Assembly (NCBI GenBank): GCA_963716945.1
Contig: OY970322.1
Span: forward strand, 330,001 to 362,000
Direction: 5' to 3'
DNA: 32,000 bases
From: Candidatus Saccharimonadota bacterium
Lineage (GTDB): Bacteria > Patescibacteriota > Saccharimonadia > Saccharimonadales > UBA4665
The stretch's first letter is position 1, and each line of letters opens with the position of its first letter. This document shows positions 21,486 through 28,598 of the stretch, piece after piece. The notes beneath the pieces were generated by a model. The model was not told where the DNA came from and did no database searches. It was given only the letters and a program-made list of their open reading frames with translations. The translations under genes and the position numbers were made by a program.

Positions 21486-22115
21486 ATGATTGAGCAATTG
21501 TTTGGGTCAAAAACGAGGGTTAAGTTATTGCAGCTGTTTTACAGCAATCCGAACCGTTCTTTTTTCGTGCGCGAGATAACCCGCAAGATCGACGAGCAGA
21601 TTAACTCAGTCCGGCGCGAGCTCAGCAATTTGCTCAGCATCGGCATTATCACGTCCGACAACACCAACAACAAGCTGTACTACGAGGTCAACCAGAAATT
21701 CGAGTACTACGAACCGCTGCAGCAGATTTTCGGCGGCGGACTGAAGAAAAAGGCCGCCGGTTCGTCATCCCAAGCGGTCGCCGATACCGAGGGCGGCCCC
21801 GAAGCCGACTTCCGGGCTATCGGCCAGATTGACCTGGTAGTTTTCACCGGCCAGTTCACCCGCGACGAGACCGCCGGAGTCGACTTTTTGATTGTCGGCG
21901 AGGTCAACCCCAATGCCCTTCAGAAGTACGTTGACGAACTGGAAGCCAAAGAGAACAAAGCCATCCGCTACACCGTCATGAGCCTGGCCGATTTCCAGTA
22001 CCGGCAACAGATACGAGACCGTTTCGCTACGGCTATCAGACAATCCAAAAAACAAGTCGTGGTCGACAAGCATAACCTGTTATCGCCCGAAGAAAAGGAA
22101 AAGGTAGAGGACTAA
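21486..22115 (+). CDS. Winged-helix (ArsR/MarR-like) DNA-binding protein with an uncharacterised C-terminal domain
   Basis: N-terminal wHTH pattern: SKTRVKLLQLFYSNPNRSFFVREITRKIDEQINSVRRELSNLLSIGII. Confidence 0.55.
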   Translation: MIEQLFGSKTRVKLLQLFYSNPNRSFFVREITRKIDEQINSVRRELSNLLSIGIITSDNTNNKLYYEVNQKFEYYEPLQQIFGGGLKKKAAGSSSQAVADTEGGPEADFRAIGQIDLVVFTGQFTRDETAGVDFLIVGEVNPNALQKYVDELEAKENKAIRYTVMSLADFQYRQQIRDRFATAIRQSKKQVVVDKHNLLSPEEKEKVED

Positions 22116-22738
22116 TGGAACTGCAGTTTTACGGCGCCAATTGCGTCGGTTTGTCGCTTAAGGGGACACGTATCATAGTTGATGACAACCTGGACGAACT
22201 GGGTGCCAAAAGCGTTACCAAGCCTGATGACATCGCCCTGTTCACCGGTGTCCACGGTGACATCGACGCCGCCAGGCGGGTGTTCGACAGCCCCGGTGAG
22301 TACGAGGTTGCCGACATCTCCATTATCGGCATAACCGCCCGTGGCCACCTGGAAGAATCCGGCAAACTGGGCGCCACGATGTTCAAGCTTGTCACCGGCG
22401 ACCTGAGCGTGTTAATCACCGGCCACATTTACCCTGAGCTGACCGACGCCCAGCTCGAGGCTATCGGTACGGTCGATGTCTTAATCGTGCCTGTCGGCGG
22501 CAACGGCTACACTGTCGACCCGGTCGGGGCCCTCAAGCTTATCAAGGATATAGAGCCCAAGCTGGTCATTCCGACCCATTACGCCGACAAAGCCCTGAAG
22601 TACCCGGTGCCCCAGCAGGAACTGTCCAACGCCCTCAAGGAACTGGCTATGGAGCCCAAAGAAACGGTTTCCAAACTCAAGCTCAAAGCCGCCGAACTGA
22701 CCGACGTCACCCAATTGGTCATTCTCCAGAAAGCCTAG
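22115..22738 (+). CDS. Metallo-beta-lactamase-fold protein (UPF0173-like) with a degenerate metal-binding motif
   Basis: Fold-level resemblance (MELQFYGANCVGLSLKGTRIIVDD ... VLIVPVGGNGYT ... KLVIPTHY). The HxHxDH position reads TGVHGDID. TAATG overlap with the upstream gene. Confidence 0.5.
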   Translation: MELQFYGANCVGLSLKGTRIIVDDNLDELGAKSVTKPDDIALFTGVHGDIDAARRVFDSPGEYEVADISIIGITARGHLEESGKLGATMFKLVTGDLSVLITGHIYPELTDAQLEAIGTVDVLIVPVGGNGYTVDPVGALKLIKDIEPKLVIPTHYADKALKYPVPQQELSNALKELAMEPKETVSKLKLKAAELTDVTQLVILQKA

Positions 22739-22759
22739 ACGGCGAACAAGACTACAAGA

Positions 22760-22963
22760 CTATTTAGAGGCAGGGGTCAGCAGACCCTTCTTCTTGAGGG
22801 TACGGATAGCCTGGGTGCTAAGCTTCATCTGAACTTTGCGGCCGTCAACAACGACGGTTTTCATCTGTAAATTAGGCTTCCAGACCTTTTTGGTGTGGCG
22901 CTGCGAGAAGCTGACATTGCTGCCGTATTGCTTGCCTTTGCCGGTGAGGTCGCATTTCTGCAT
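22760..22963 (-). CDS. rpmB: 50S ribosomal protein L28
   Basis: MQKCDLTGKGKQYGSNVSFSQRHTKKVWKPNLQ is a classic bL28 N-terminus. Confidence 0.9.
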   Translation of the reverse strand: MQKCDLTGKGKQYGSNVSFSQRHTKKVWKPNLQMKTVVVDGRKVQMKLSTQAIRTLKKKGLLTPASK

Positions 22964-23011
22964 ATCAGTCCTTAAAATTTATTGACGTATTAAGGTGTTA
23001 TTGTAGCGGTT

Positions 23012-23512
23012 TTAAGCCGGCCCGTCAACTTGTCCGGTAACGGCTTGATGTTCCGGGCCGACAGCGGCCAGCAGGCGGCTGACGGTTTGTCCGCTAACCG
23101 GATCGACCAGCCCGGGATTTAAGTCGGCCAACGGCCGGAGCACGAAATCCCGCTCGCGGAAATCGGGGTGGGGGATGGCCAGTTTATCGGTCTCAAGTAT
23201 CGTGTCGCCGTACATGATGATGTCGATATCGATTTCGCGCGGCCCATGGCGGAAAGTCGGCGTCCGGCCGACTTGCCGTTCGACAGCTTTGATTCGGTCA
23301 AGCAAAGCCGCCGGCTCCAGGCTGGTTTCACCGCTGACGGCCGTATTGAGGAAGTCCGGCTGGTCGGCGTAGCCGGTAGCTTTGGAAGCGTAGACCGGCG
23401 CCTGTTCCATGCCGTCCAAGACGGCCGCCAATAACTCAGCGGCTTGCTTGATATGCTGCCGCGAATCGCCGACATTTGATCCCAGAGCCAGATAAACTGT
23501 CGCCATTGACAC
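23012..23512 (-). CDS. folK: 2-amino-4-hydroxy-6-hydroxymethyldihydropteridine diphosphokinase (HPPK)
   Basis: VYLALGSNVGD ... PDFLNTAV ... GPREIDIDII ... IPHPDF..RDFVL.PL are typical HPPK motifs. The start could instead be 23506. Confidence 0.9.
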   Translation of the reverse strand: MSMATVYLALGSNVGDSRQHIKQAAELLAAVLDGMEQAPVYASKATGYADQPDFLNTAVSGETSLEPAALLDRIKAVERQVGRTPTFRHGPREIDIDIIMYGDTILETDKLAIPHPDFRERDFVLRPLADLNPGLVDPVSGQTVSRLLAAVGPEHQAVTGQVDGPA

Positions 23513-23553
23513 ATGTTAGCACAGCCCCGGACGCGATTTGCTATGATAGCAGC

Positions 23554-24303
23554 ATGGTTCAACTAGTCGGGATTTTGAACATTACGCCGGACAGCTTCAG
23601 TGACGGCGACCTTTACCTGGACCCCGAGAAAGCGGTCCGGCACGCCGAGAAGCTGATGGCCGACGGCGCCGGCTTGGTGGACATCGGCGCCGAGAGCACG
23701 CGCCCCGACGCCAAGCCGGTCACGCCGGACCAGGAATGGCAGCGCCTGCAGCTGGTCCTCGAATGGTTCTCGACGCTTTATCCCGGCCGGCTATCGCTCG
23801 ATACCTACCATCCGGAGACAGCCGCGAAGGCGCTATCGATGAGGGAGTTTATCATCAACGATGTTACCGGCATGAACAACCCGGCTATGGTCGATGTCGT
23901 CGCCGAACACCAGGCCAGGTGTATTATCGGCCATTTGCGGGGTACCGACATCCAAGCGGCCCACCGGGGTGAACCGATTGACGACATCCGGGTCGTAGTT
24001 GACGATTTGCTGGCCAAAGCCGGCCTCTTGCAGGACAAGGGGATCAAGCACAACCAGATCATCCTTGACCCCGGCATCGGTTTCGGCAAAACCCAGGCGC
24101 TCAACGAGCAACTGCTTGAATTCGCCAAACACGTGCCTGAATACGACGTCATGATCGGCTATTCGCGCAAGCGCTTCTTAGGCGACAAACGGATGGAGCT
24201 CGAAACCAACCTGGCTGCCGGCCGCAAAGCCATTGCCGCCGGGGCGGCCTACTTGCGCGTCCACGATGTCGCCGGGCATAAGCAGCTTCTAGAGGAGACA
24301 TGA
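23554..24303 (+). CDS. folP: Dihydropteroate synthase
   Basis: Start trimmed to the ATG at 23554, with TATGAT at 23542-23547 lying 6 nt upstream. The N-terminus MVQLVGILNITPDSFSDGD ... DIGAESTRPDA shows typical DHPS motifs. Confidence 0.9.
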   Translation: MVQLVGILNITPDSFSDGDLYLDPEKAVRHAEKLMADGAGLVDIGAESTRPDAKPVTPDQEWQRLQLVLEWFSTLYPGRLSLDTYHPETAAKALSMREFIINDVTGMNNPAMVDVVAEHQARCIIGHLRGTDIQAAHRGEPIDDIRVVVDDLLAKAGLLQDKGIKHNQIILDPGIGFGKTQALNEQLLEFAKHVPEYDVMIGYSRKRFLGDKRMELETNLAAGRKAIAAGAAYLRVHDVAGHKQLLEET

Positions 24304-24347
24304 CTTTTATAAAAAGCCAGCTGAAGCATATATACTAGGAGTTAAGC

Positions 24348-24977
24348 ATGTTGACCGACTTATCTGGTATTAATCTGTTGCTAGCTTTGCTGTCGATTAT
24401 TATTGCTTTGTCGATGCACGAGGCGATGCACGCCTATGTGGCCCACTGGCTGGGTGACGATACGGCTCACTCGATGGGTCGTTTAACGCTTAACCCTCTC
24501 AAGCACATTGACGCCGTGACAACCGTCTTGCTGCCGCTGGTCATGATAAAGCTTATCGGCCAGCCCTTTTTTATAGCCAAGCCTGTCCCTTTCAACCCGG
24601 ACCGCGTCAAATATGAAGAGTTCGGCGCGGCTATGGTCGGCGTGGCCGGTCCGCTAACCAACCTGGTGCTAGCTTGTCTGGCGGCCGGTGCTTTCCGGCT
24701 TTGGGGTGCTGATCTTAGTAGTCTTTTTTACAATGCTATTATCATTTTTACAGAGGTAAATATCGGTTTCTTCATCTTCAATATGATTCCTTTCCCGCCG
24801 CTGGACGGCTCGCGACTGCTATATGCTTTCGCGCCTGAACCGCTTCAAGAAATCATGCGGCAGATTGAAGGTTTCGGCTTCGCCGGCATCATACTTTTAA
24901 TGCTGCTTATCTTCAGGTTCATTTCCGGGCCGATTAGTAACGTCGACACCAGCATCTTGAATTTCCTGCTCGGCTAA
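24348..24977 (+). CDS. Site-2 protease family (peptidase M50) membrane metalloprotease
   Basis: HExxH lies inside a TM helix (LSMHEAMHAYVAH). Also present: NPLKHIDAVTT, FNMIPFPPLDGS and several TM helices. Confidence 0.8.
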   Translation: MLTDLSGINLLLALLSIIIALSMHEAMHAYVAHWLGDDTAHSMGRLTLNPLKHIDAVTTVLLPLVMIKLIGQPFFIAKPVPFNPDRVKYEEFGAAMVGVAGPLTNLVLACLAAGAFRLWGADLSSLFYNAIIIFTEVNIGFFIFNMIPFPPLDGSRLLYAFAPEPLQEIMRQIEGFGFAGIILLMLLIFRFISGPISNVDTSILNFLLG

Positions 24978-25019
24978 AGGTCTAACCGGCCGGGCCGGCG
25001 TACGCTATAATAGACCATT

Positions 25020-25213
25020 GTCGGGTAGGGCCATTGGCCCGCAACCGAGATAATGATTATCTGATACTAATCATTAGGGAGCTCAAGATTTGCGTCGGCC
25101 GTGGCCGCCGCGTGCGAGCACCCACCTGGGATCCCTCAGGTGATCACCTCGGTGCCCGGCACTTAAGATGTCCTGTGGTGTGCTTTTACGGATGACGCTT
25201 CGGCTGTCCCGAC
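25020..25213 (+). ncRNA. Candidate ~195-nt structured RNA upstream of tRNA-Pro (class unknown)
   Basis: TATAAT at 25006-25011. A closing helix pairs GTCGGG (25020-25025) with CCCGAC (25208-25213). Internal hairpins include TAATGATTA-8nt-TAATCATTA and CCTGGG-atcc-CTCAGG, plus the palindrome AGGTGATCACCT. The only track ORF here is an antisense one that overlaps the tRNA. Confidence 0.25.
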
Positions 25214-25234
25214 CGAAACGCCCACCGGGCGTTT

Positions 25235-25310
25235 CGGGGTGTAGCGCAGTTGGTAGCGCGTACGGCTGGGGGCCGTGAGGTCGCAGGTTCAAGTCCTGTC
25301 ACCCCGACCA
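25235..25310 (+). tRNA. tRNA-Pro (anticodon GGG), CCA encoded
   Basis: Acceptor CGGGGTG/CACCCCG, D arm GCGC..GCGC, anticodon stem TACGG/CCGTG with loop CTGGGGG, T arm GCAGG-TTCAAGT-CCTGT. Confidence 0.9.
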
Positions 25311-25314
25311 TTTA

Positions 25315-25983
25315 TTAACCGGTCTCGTCGGGCTCGGACGGATACCGCAGCAGTATCTCCGCTGTTTCCGGGCTTATCCAGTTCAACCCGCCGCGTTCAA
25401 TATCCAGTCTGTCACACATCGTGTCGAGGTCTCTTCTGGTTTCCGGGTCCGAAATGGAGCCAGGACCTTCTTTGATCTCCGTGGCCCTATTGCGGTCCGA
25501 TATGGGCCCGGTCGTATTATTCCATGAAGGCTGCGGAGGTTCCGCTTTTGGCGCGGCTTCGGCCCGGCCTTTGCCGGCCGCCGTAAACGCTACCCGGATG
25601 ACGGCATCCAGACTGTCCTCGTCCTTTCCGAGGCCCAGCATCCCGGCTTTGGCAACCCGTACGACCGATAGCCGGGCACTGCCATAGGCCGCTATCTGCG
25701 AGTGGCCGGTCTCGGCGGCATCAAGGGCGATTAGCGCCAGGTAGCCGCTAACCTCGGTCAATAGCCCGTCGACGGCCGCCTGATCCCTGGGCGCCCTGTC
25801 TAATAAATCCCGGACGTTGGCATGAGTTTGGTTATCACCTTTGAAATTTTCGCGCCATGCTTCATAAACGGCTTCCAGGTCGAGGGCACTACCGGGTTCG
25901 GCCAGCGGTTCAGGGTTACTCTCGCCGACTAACCTTAATCGTTCAACGGTTGCTCCGCGGTCATGTTCTGGTCTATGTGTCAT
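25315..25983 (-). CDS. Hypothetical cytoplasmic protein (orphan)
   Basis: 222-aa ORF with AGGAG 5 nt upstream of the ATG at 25983. It ends 5 nt from the tRNA-Pro 3' end. No recognisable motif. Confidence 0.5.
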   Translation of the reverse strand: MTHRPEHDRGATVERLRLVGESNPEPLAEPGSALDLEAVYEAWRENFKGDNQTHANVRDLLDRAPRDQAAVDGLLTEVSGYLALIALDAAETGHSQIAAYGSARLSVVRVAKAGMLGLGKDEDSLDAVIRVAFTAAGKGRAEAAPKAEPPQPSWNNTTGPISDRNRATEIKEGPGSISDPETRRDLDTMCDRLDIERGGLNWISPETAEILLRYPSEPDETG

Positions 25984-26065
25984 TTTCTCCTAAGCGGCAA
26001 GCTGCCCATTGTGTATAAATATAAAATAACTCATTCAATATGTCCAGGCCGAGCTGTTCATCGGA

Positions 26066-26094
26066 TTGACTAATCACTAATAATTCATTATAAT
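26066..26094 (+). promoter_or_regulatory. Consensus-grade promoter TTGACT-17-TATAAT
   Basis: The -35 is at 26066-26071 and the -10 at 26089-26094. The GTG start at 26105 lies only 10 nt downstream of the -10, so the mRNA is effectively leaderless. Confidence 0.55.
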
Positions 26095-26104
26095 ATTATA
26101 AATT

Positions 26105-26743
26105 GTGACTGCTGAAGCCCTACAACTCGAAGGCCGCTATACCATTGCTCCCGATACCGAAATACTCGGAGGAGTTTATTACCGGCGGGCTGCCATAGTC
26201 GTGGATTTTGCCGAGAACCCGGCGAAGTACGAAGAGGCTTATGGCTGGCTGGAGCGCATTTTGGACCGCGAAGAGGACCCGAACTCCCTTTTGCCGCTGG
26301 GGCATGCCGTCAGCCAGGTGACGAAGGGCATGATAGCTTTCCAGCGTTTAGTATCGGGGATGATACTGAAGGCCCACGCCGAAAGCCTAGGCCTGGAAAG
26401 GCTAACCGAGAGCCACGCGCTGGGGCTGTCCGTGTTTATGGAGAGCGGTGCCGGCTCGTGCCATCATCAGGCCTTGCTGGCCGGCTCCTTATTGAGGTTG
26501 CTGCAAGATAGGCGGGACATCGGCGGCCATGTCAGCCTGGAAGGGCCGGAGCAAGAAGACGGCTTCGGCGTCAGGCACCCCTGGATACGCTACACGCGTG
26601 ATGACGGCAAGCTCGTCATTGACGTATCCGAGAATCGCGTCCTGGCTTTCCGGGAATCGTTACCGGCGGGCCTGGACGTTTACCTGAGACCCGAAGAGGT
26701 AGCTGCCCGGGCCGATCTCGGAACTCCCGGCCCCGGGATTTAA
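26105..26743 (+). CDS. Hypothetical protein with a transglutaminase-like Cys-His-Asp pattern
   Basis: GAGSC(119)HHQALLAGSLLRLL ... RH(158)PWIRY ... LVID(173)VS. The spacings (C to H 39 aa, H to D 15 aa) and local context resemble the transglutaminase-like cysteine protease core (G.C..fA..l..llR ... HaW ... D). No signal peptide. Confidence 0.4.
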   Translation: MTAEALQLEGRYTIAPDTEILGGVYYRRAAIVVDFAENPAKYEEAYGWLERILDREEDPNSLLPLGHAVSQVTKGMIAFQRLVSGMILKAHAESLGLERLTESHALGLSVFMESGAGSCHHQALLAGSLLRLLQDRRDIGGHVSLEGPEQEDGFGVRHPWIRYTRDDGKLVIDVSENRVLAFRESLPAGLDVYLRPEEVAARADLGTPGPGI

Positions 26744-26746
26744 TAA

Positions 26747-26775
26747 TTGCATCTAATTCGATTTAGTGGTATAAA
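26747..26775 (+). promoter_or_regulatory. Promoter TTGCAT-17-TATAAA
   Basis: The -35 is at 26747-26752 and the -10 at 26770-26775. AAGAGGTG and the ATG at 26798 follow. Confidence 0.5.
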
Positions 26776-26797
26776 TACAATTAGATAAGAGGTGATT

Positions 26798-27367
26798 ATG
26801 TCGCGACCAAGCCAGCCCGAATCAGCCCCTCAGACCGGACAAGCCTCCCCCGGCAATGACGTCTTGCTTTACCGCAGGGCCACCGGCCTATCGGTCGACG
26901 CGCTGAACCTGTCCACCACGCCGCTAAGGGGCCGGCAGGCTAACCACCGCGTACTGGACGATTTTATCTTGCCAATCTTATACGAACATCAAATTGAACG
27001 GGCCAGGGGAAGCTCCAAGCTAAAGAGTCCCCCGACCTCCGAAGAAGTTGCCAAAGAACTCGGCGCCCTGCCCGTAAAGTCCATGCACCGTGTGGTCGAG
27101 GCCGACGTAGTCGATGTCGTGTCGGCCCACGGCGACACCCTGGTGCAAGTAGACTATGACGAGTTTACCGATGAACAAACCGACATGGCCCGGGCCGCCC
27201 GCGAGATTATGGGCCTGCCCGAAGGCTATAACTTCCGGCTCGGCTCCGCCGAAGCCGGCGTTATTATCGCGACGGCCGAACTGTCAGACGAAAAAATGCT
27301 TGCCGTTAGGGGTGCTATGGCTGCGACATTAAGCTTTTCGCCGGTCCGGCACGACTTCCCGGAATAA
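26798..27367 (+). CDS. Hypothetical acidic cytoplasmic protein (orphan)
   Basis: The track ORF starts at GTG 26792. The ATG at 26798 has better SD spacing (AAGAGGTG). No recognisable motif. Confidence 0.5.
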   Translation: MSRPSQPESAPQTGQASPGNDVLLYRRATGLSVDALNLSTTPLRGRQANHRVLDDFILPILYEHQIERARGSSKLKSPPTSEEVAKELGALPVKSMHRVVEADVVDVVSAHGDTLVQVDYDEFTDEQTDMARAAREIMGLPEGYNFRLGSAEAGVIIATAELSDEKMLAVRGAMAATLSFSPVRHDFPE

Positions 27368-27408
27368 CATAAACCCTACCGGCCGGCCGGCATGCTAAGA
27401 TAGAGGGC

Positions 27409-28104
27409 ATGTGGAACGAAACCAAACACGGGCTCTACCGACAGTTTAACTTCGAGAATTTCAAACAAGCCTGGGCTTTCATGACCAAAGTGGCCGAACT
27501 GGCCGAAGAGTTCCAGCACCATCCGCGCTGGGAAAACGAGTGGAGCGTCGTCCAAATCTGGCTGATTACCCACGAGGGCGGCCAAACGATTACCGACAAA
27601 GACCGCGAAATGGCTGACGCCATCGACAAGCTTTTCGCCGAGACCGGCCCGCCCGGCGAGCAGGCAGCCGACCCGTCCGCCCACCCCGACAAGGTCAAGG
27701 TTTTCGGCGACGGCGGTTCGCGGGGTAATCCCGGACCCAGTGCCAGCGGCTTCGTAATTCTCGATATGGAAGACAACGTGCTGGTCGACAAAGGGGTTTA
27801 CTTAGGCATAACCACCAACAACCAGGCCGAATACACTTCGCTCAAACTGGCCCTTGAAGAATGCCTCAAGATGGGGGCCAAAGAGGTCCAAGTCTATATG
27901 GACAGCTTGCTGGTAGTCAACCAGCTAAAAGGCATCTTCAAAGTCAGAAACCGCGACCTCTGGCCAATCCACGACGCCATCAAGAAACTATCGGCTCAAT
28001 TCGATGAAATAAGTTTCAGCCACGTGCCGCGCGAATTCAACAAGCTGGCCGACGCCGCCGTCAACCGAGCCCTCGACGAGGAACTCGGTATTTCACCCAG
28101 CTGA
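27409..28104 (+). CDS. Fusion protein: pterin-4a-carbinolamine dehydratase-like domain (N) + RNase H (RNase HI/RVT_3-type) domain (C)
   Basis: N-terminal domain: FENFKQAWAFMTKVAELAEEFQHHPRWENEWSVVQIWLITHE..TITDKDREMADAID, matching the PCD/DCoH HHP...TH...D pattern. C-terminal domain: FGDGGSRGNPGPSASG, TNNQAEY, VYMDSLLVVNQ and NKLADAAVN, which supply the DEDD residues of RNase H. Confidence 0.75.
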   Translation: MWNETKHGLYRQFNFENFKQAWAFMTKVAELAEEFQHHPRWENEWSVVQIWLITHEGGQTITDKDREMADAIDKLFAETGPPGEQAADPSAHPDKVKVFGDGGSRGNPGPSASGFVILDMEDNVLVDKGVYLGITTNNQAEYTSLKLALEECLKMGAKEVQVYMDSLLVVNQLKGIFKVRNRDLWPIHDAIKKLSAQFDEISFSHVPREFNKLADAAVNRALDEELGISPS

Positions 28105-28127
28105 ACAGAGGTGATATAATAGTTAAC

Positions 28128-28502
28128 GGCCAGATTACCGGCTGATCGCCTTTGGCGGGCCGCACTCGTGCGGCCATCGCGCCAGAGGAGGAAAGTCCGG
28201 GCAGCACAGGGAAGGGCAGTCGCTAACGGCGACCGGGGGCGACCCTAGGGAAAGTGCCACAGAAACGAAACCGCCACTTCGGTGGTAAGGGTGAAACGAG
28301 CGGGGTAAGAGCCCGCAGTTCACGGCGGTGACGCCGCGAAGAGGTAAACCCTGCCTGCTGCAAGGAGATGGACCCTTGAGGCCTAAAGCCTGAAGCGTCC
28401 CGCTAAGGATCCACCGCAAAAACCGCTTGAGCGGGCTGGCAACAGCCCGCCTAGATAGATGACCAGCCTCGACAAAACCCGGCTTACAGGTAATCTGGCC
28501 GC
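28128..28502 (+). ncRNA. rnpB: RNase P RNA, bacterial type A
   Basis: P1 pairs GGCCAGATTACC (28128-28139) with GGTAATCTGGCC (28489-28500). Conserved P4 strands GAGGAAAGTCCGGGC and ACAAAACCCGGCTTA are present, as is GGTAAGGGTGAAA. TATAAT at 28115-28120 lies 7 nt upstream. Confidence 0.95.
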
Positions 28503-28505
28503 CTT

Positions 28506-28531
28506 AAAGCCCCGCCGTAGAGCGGGGTTTT
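28506..28531 (+). terminator. Rho-independent terminator after rnpB
   Basis: AAAGCCCCGC-cgtaga-GCGGGGTTTT. Confidence 0.65.
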
Positions 28532-28598
28532 AAGATGCTCAAGCTTGCATTTACTAACACCTTACAGCACTATTAAGTCTGATAAACGAGGCATTTTG

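Noticed and set aside
25311-27367. Classifying the tRNA-Pro-flanking cassette as a bona fide integrative mobile element
   Set aside because: No integrase, recombinase, transposase or direct repeat of the tRNA-Pro 3' end is visible in the window. It is reported only as a possible accessory cassette.
28135-28419. 94-aa minus-strand ORF
   Set aside because: It lies entirely inside RNase P RNA, whose conserved P1/P4 elements are unambiguous on the plus strand.
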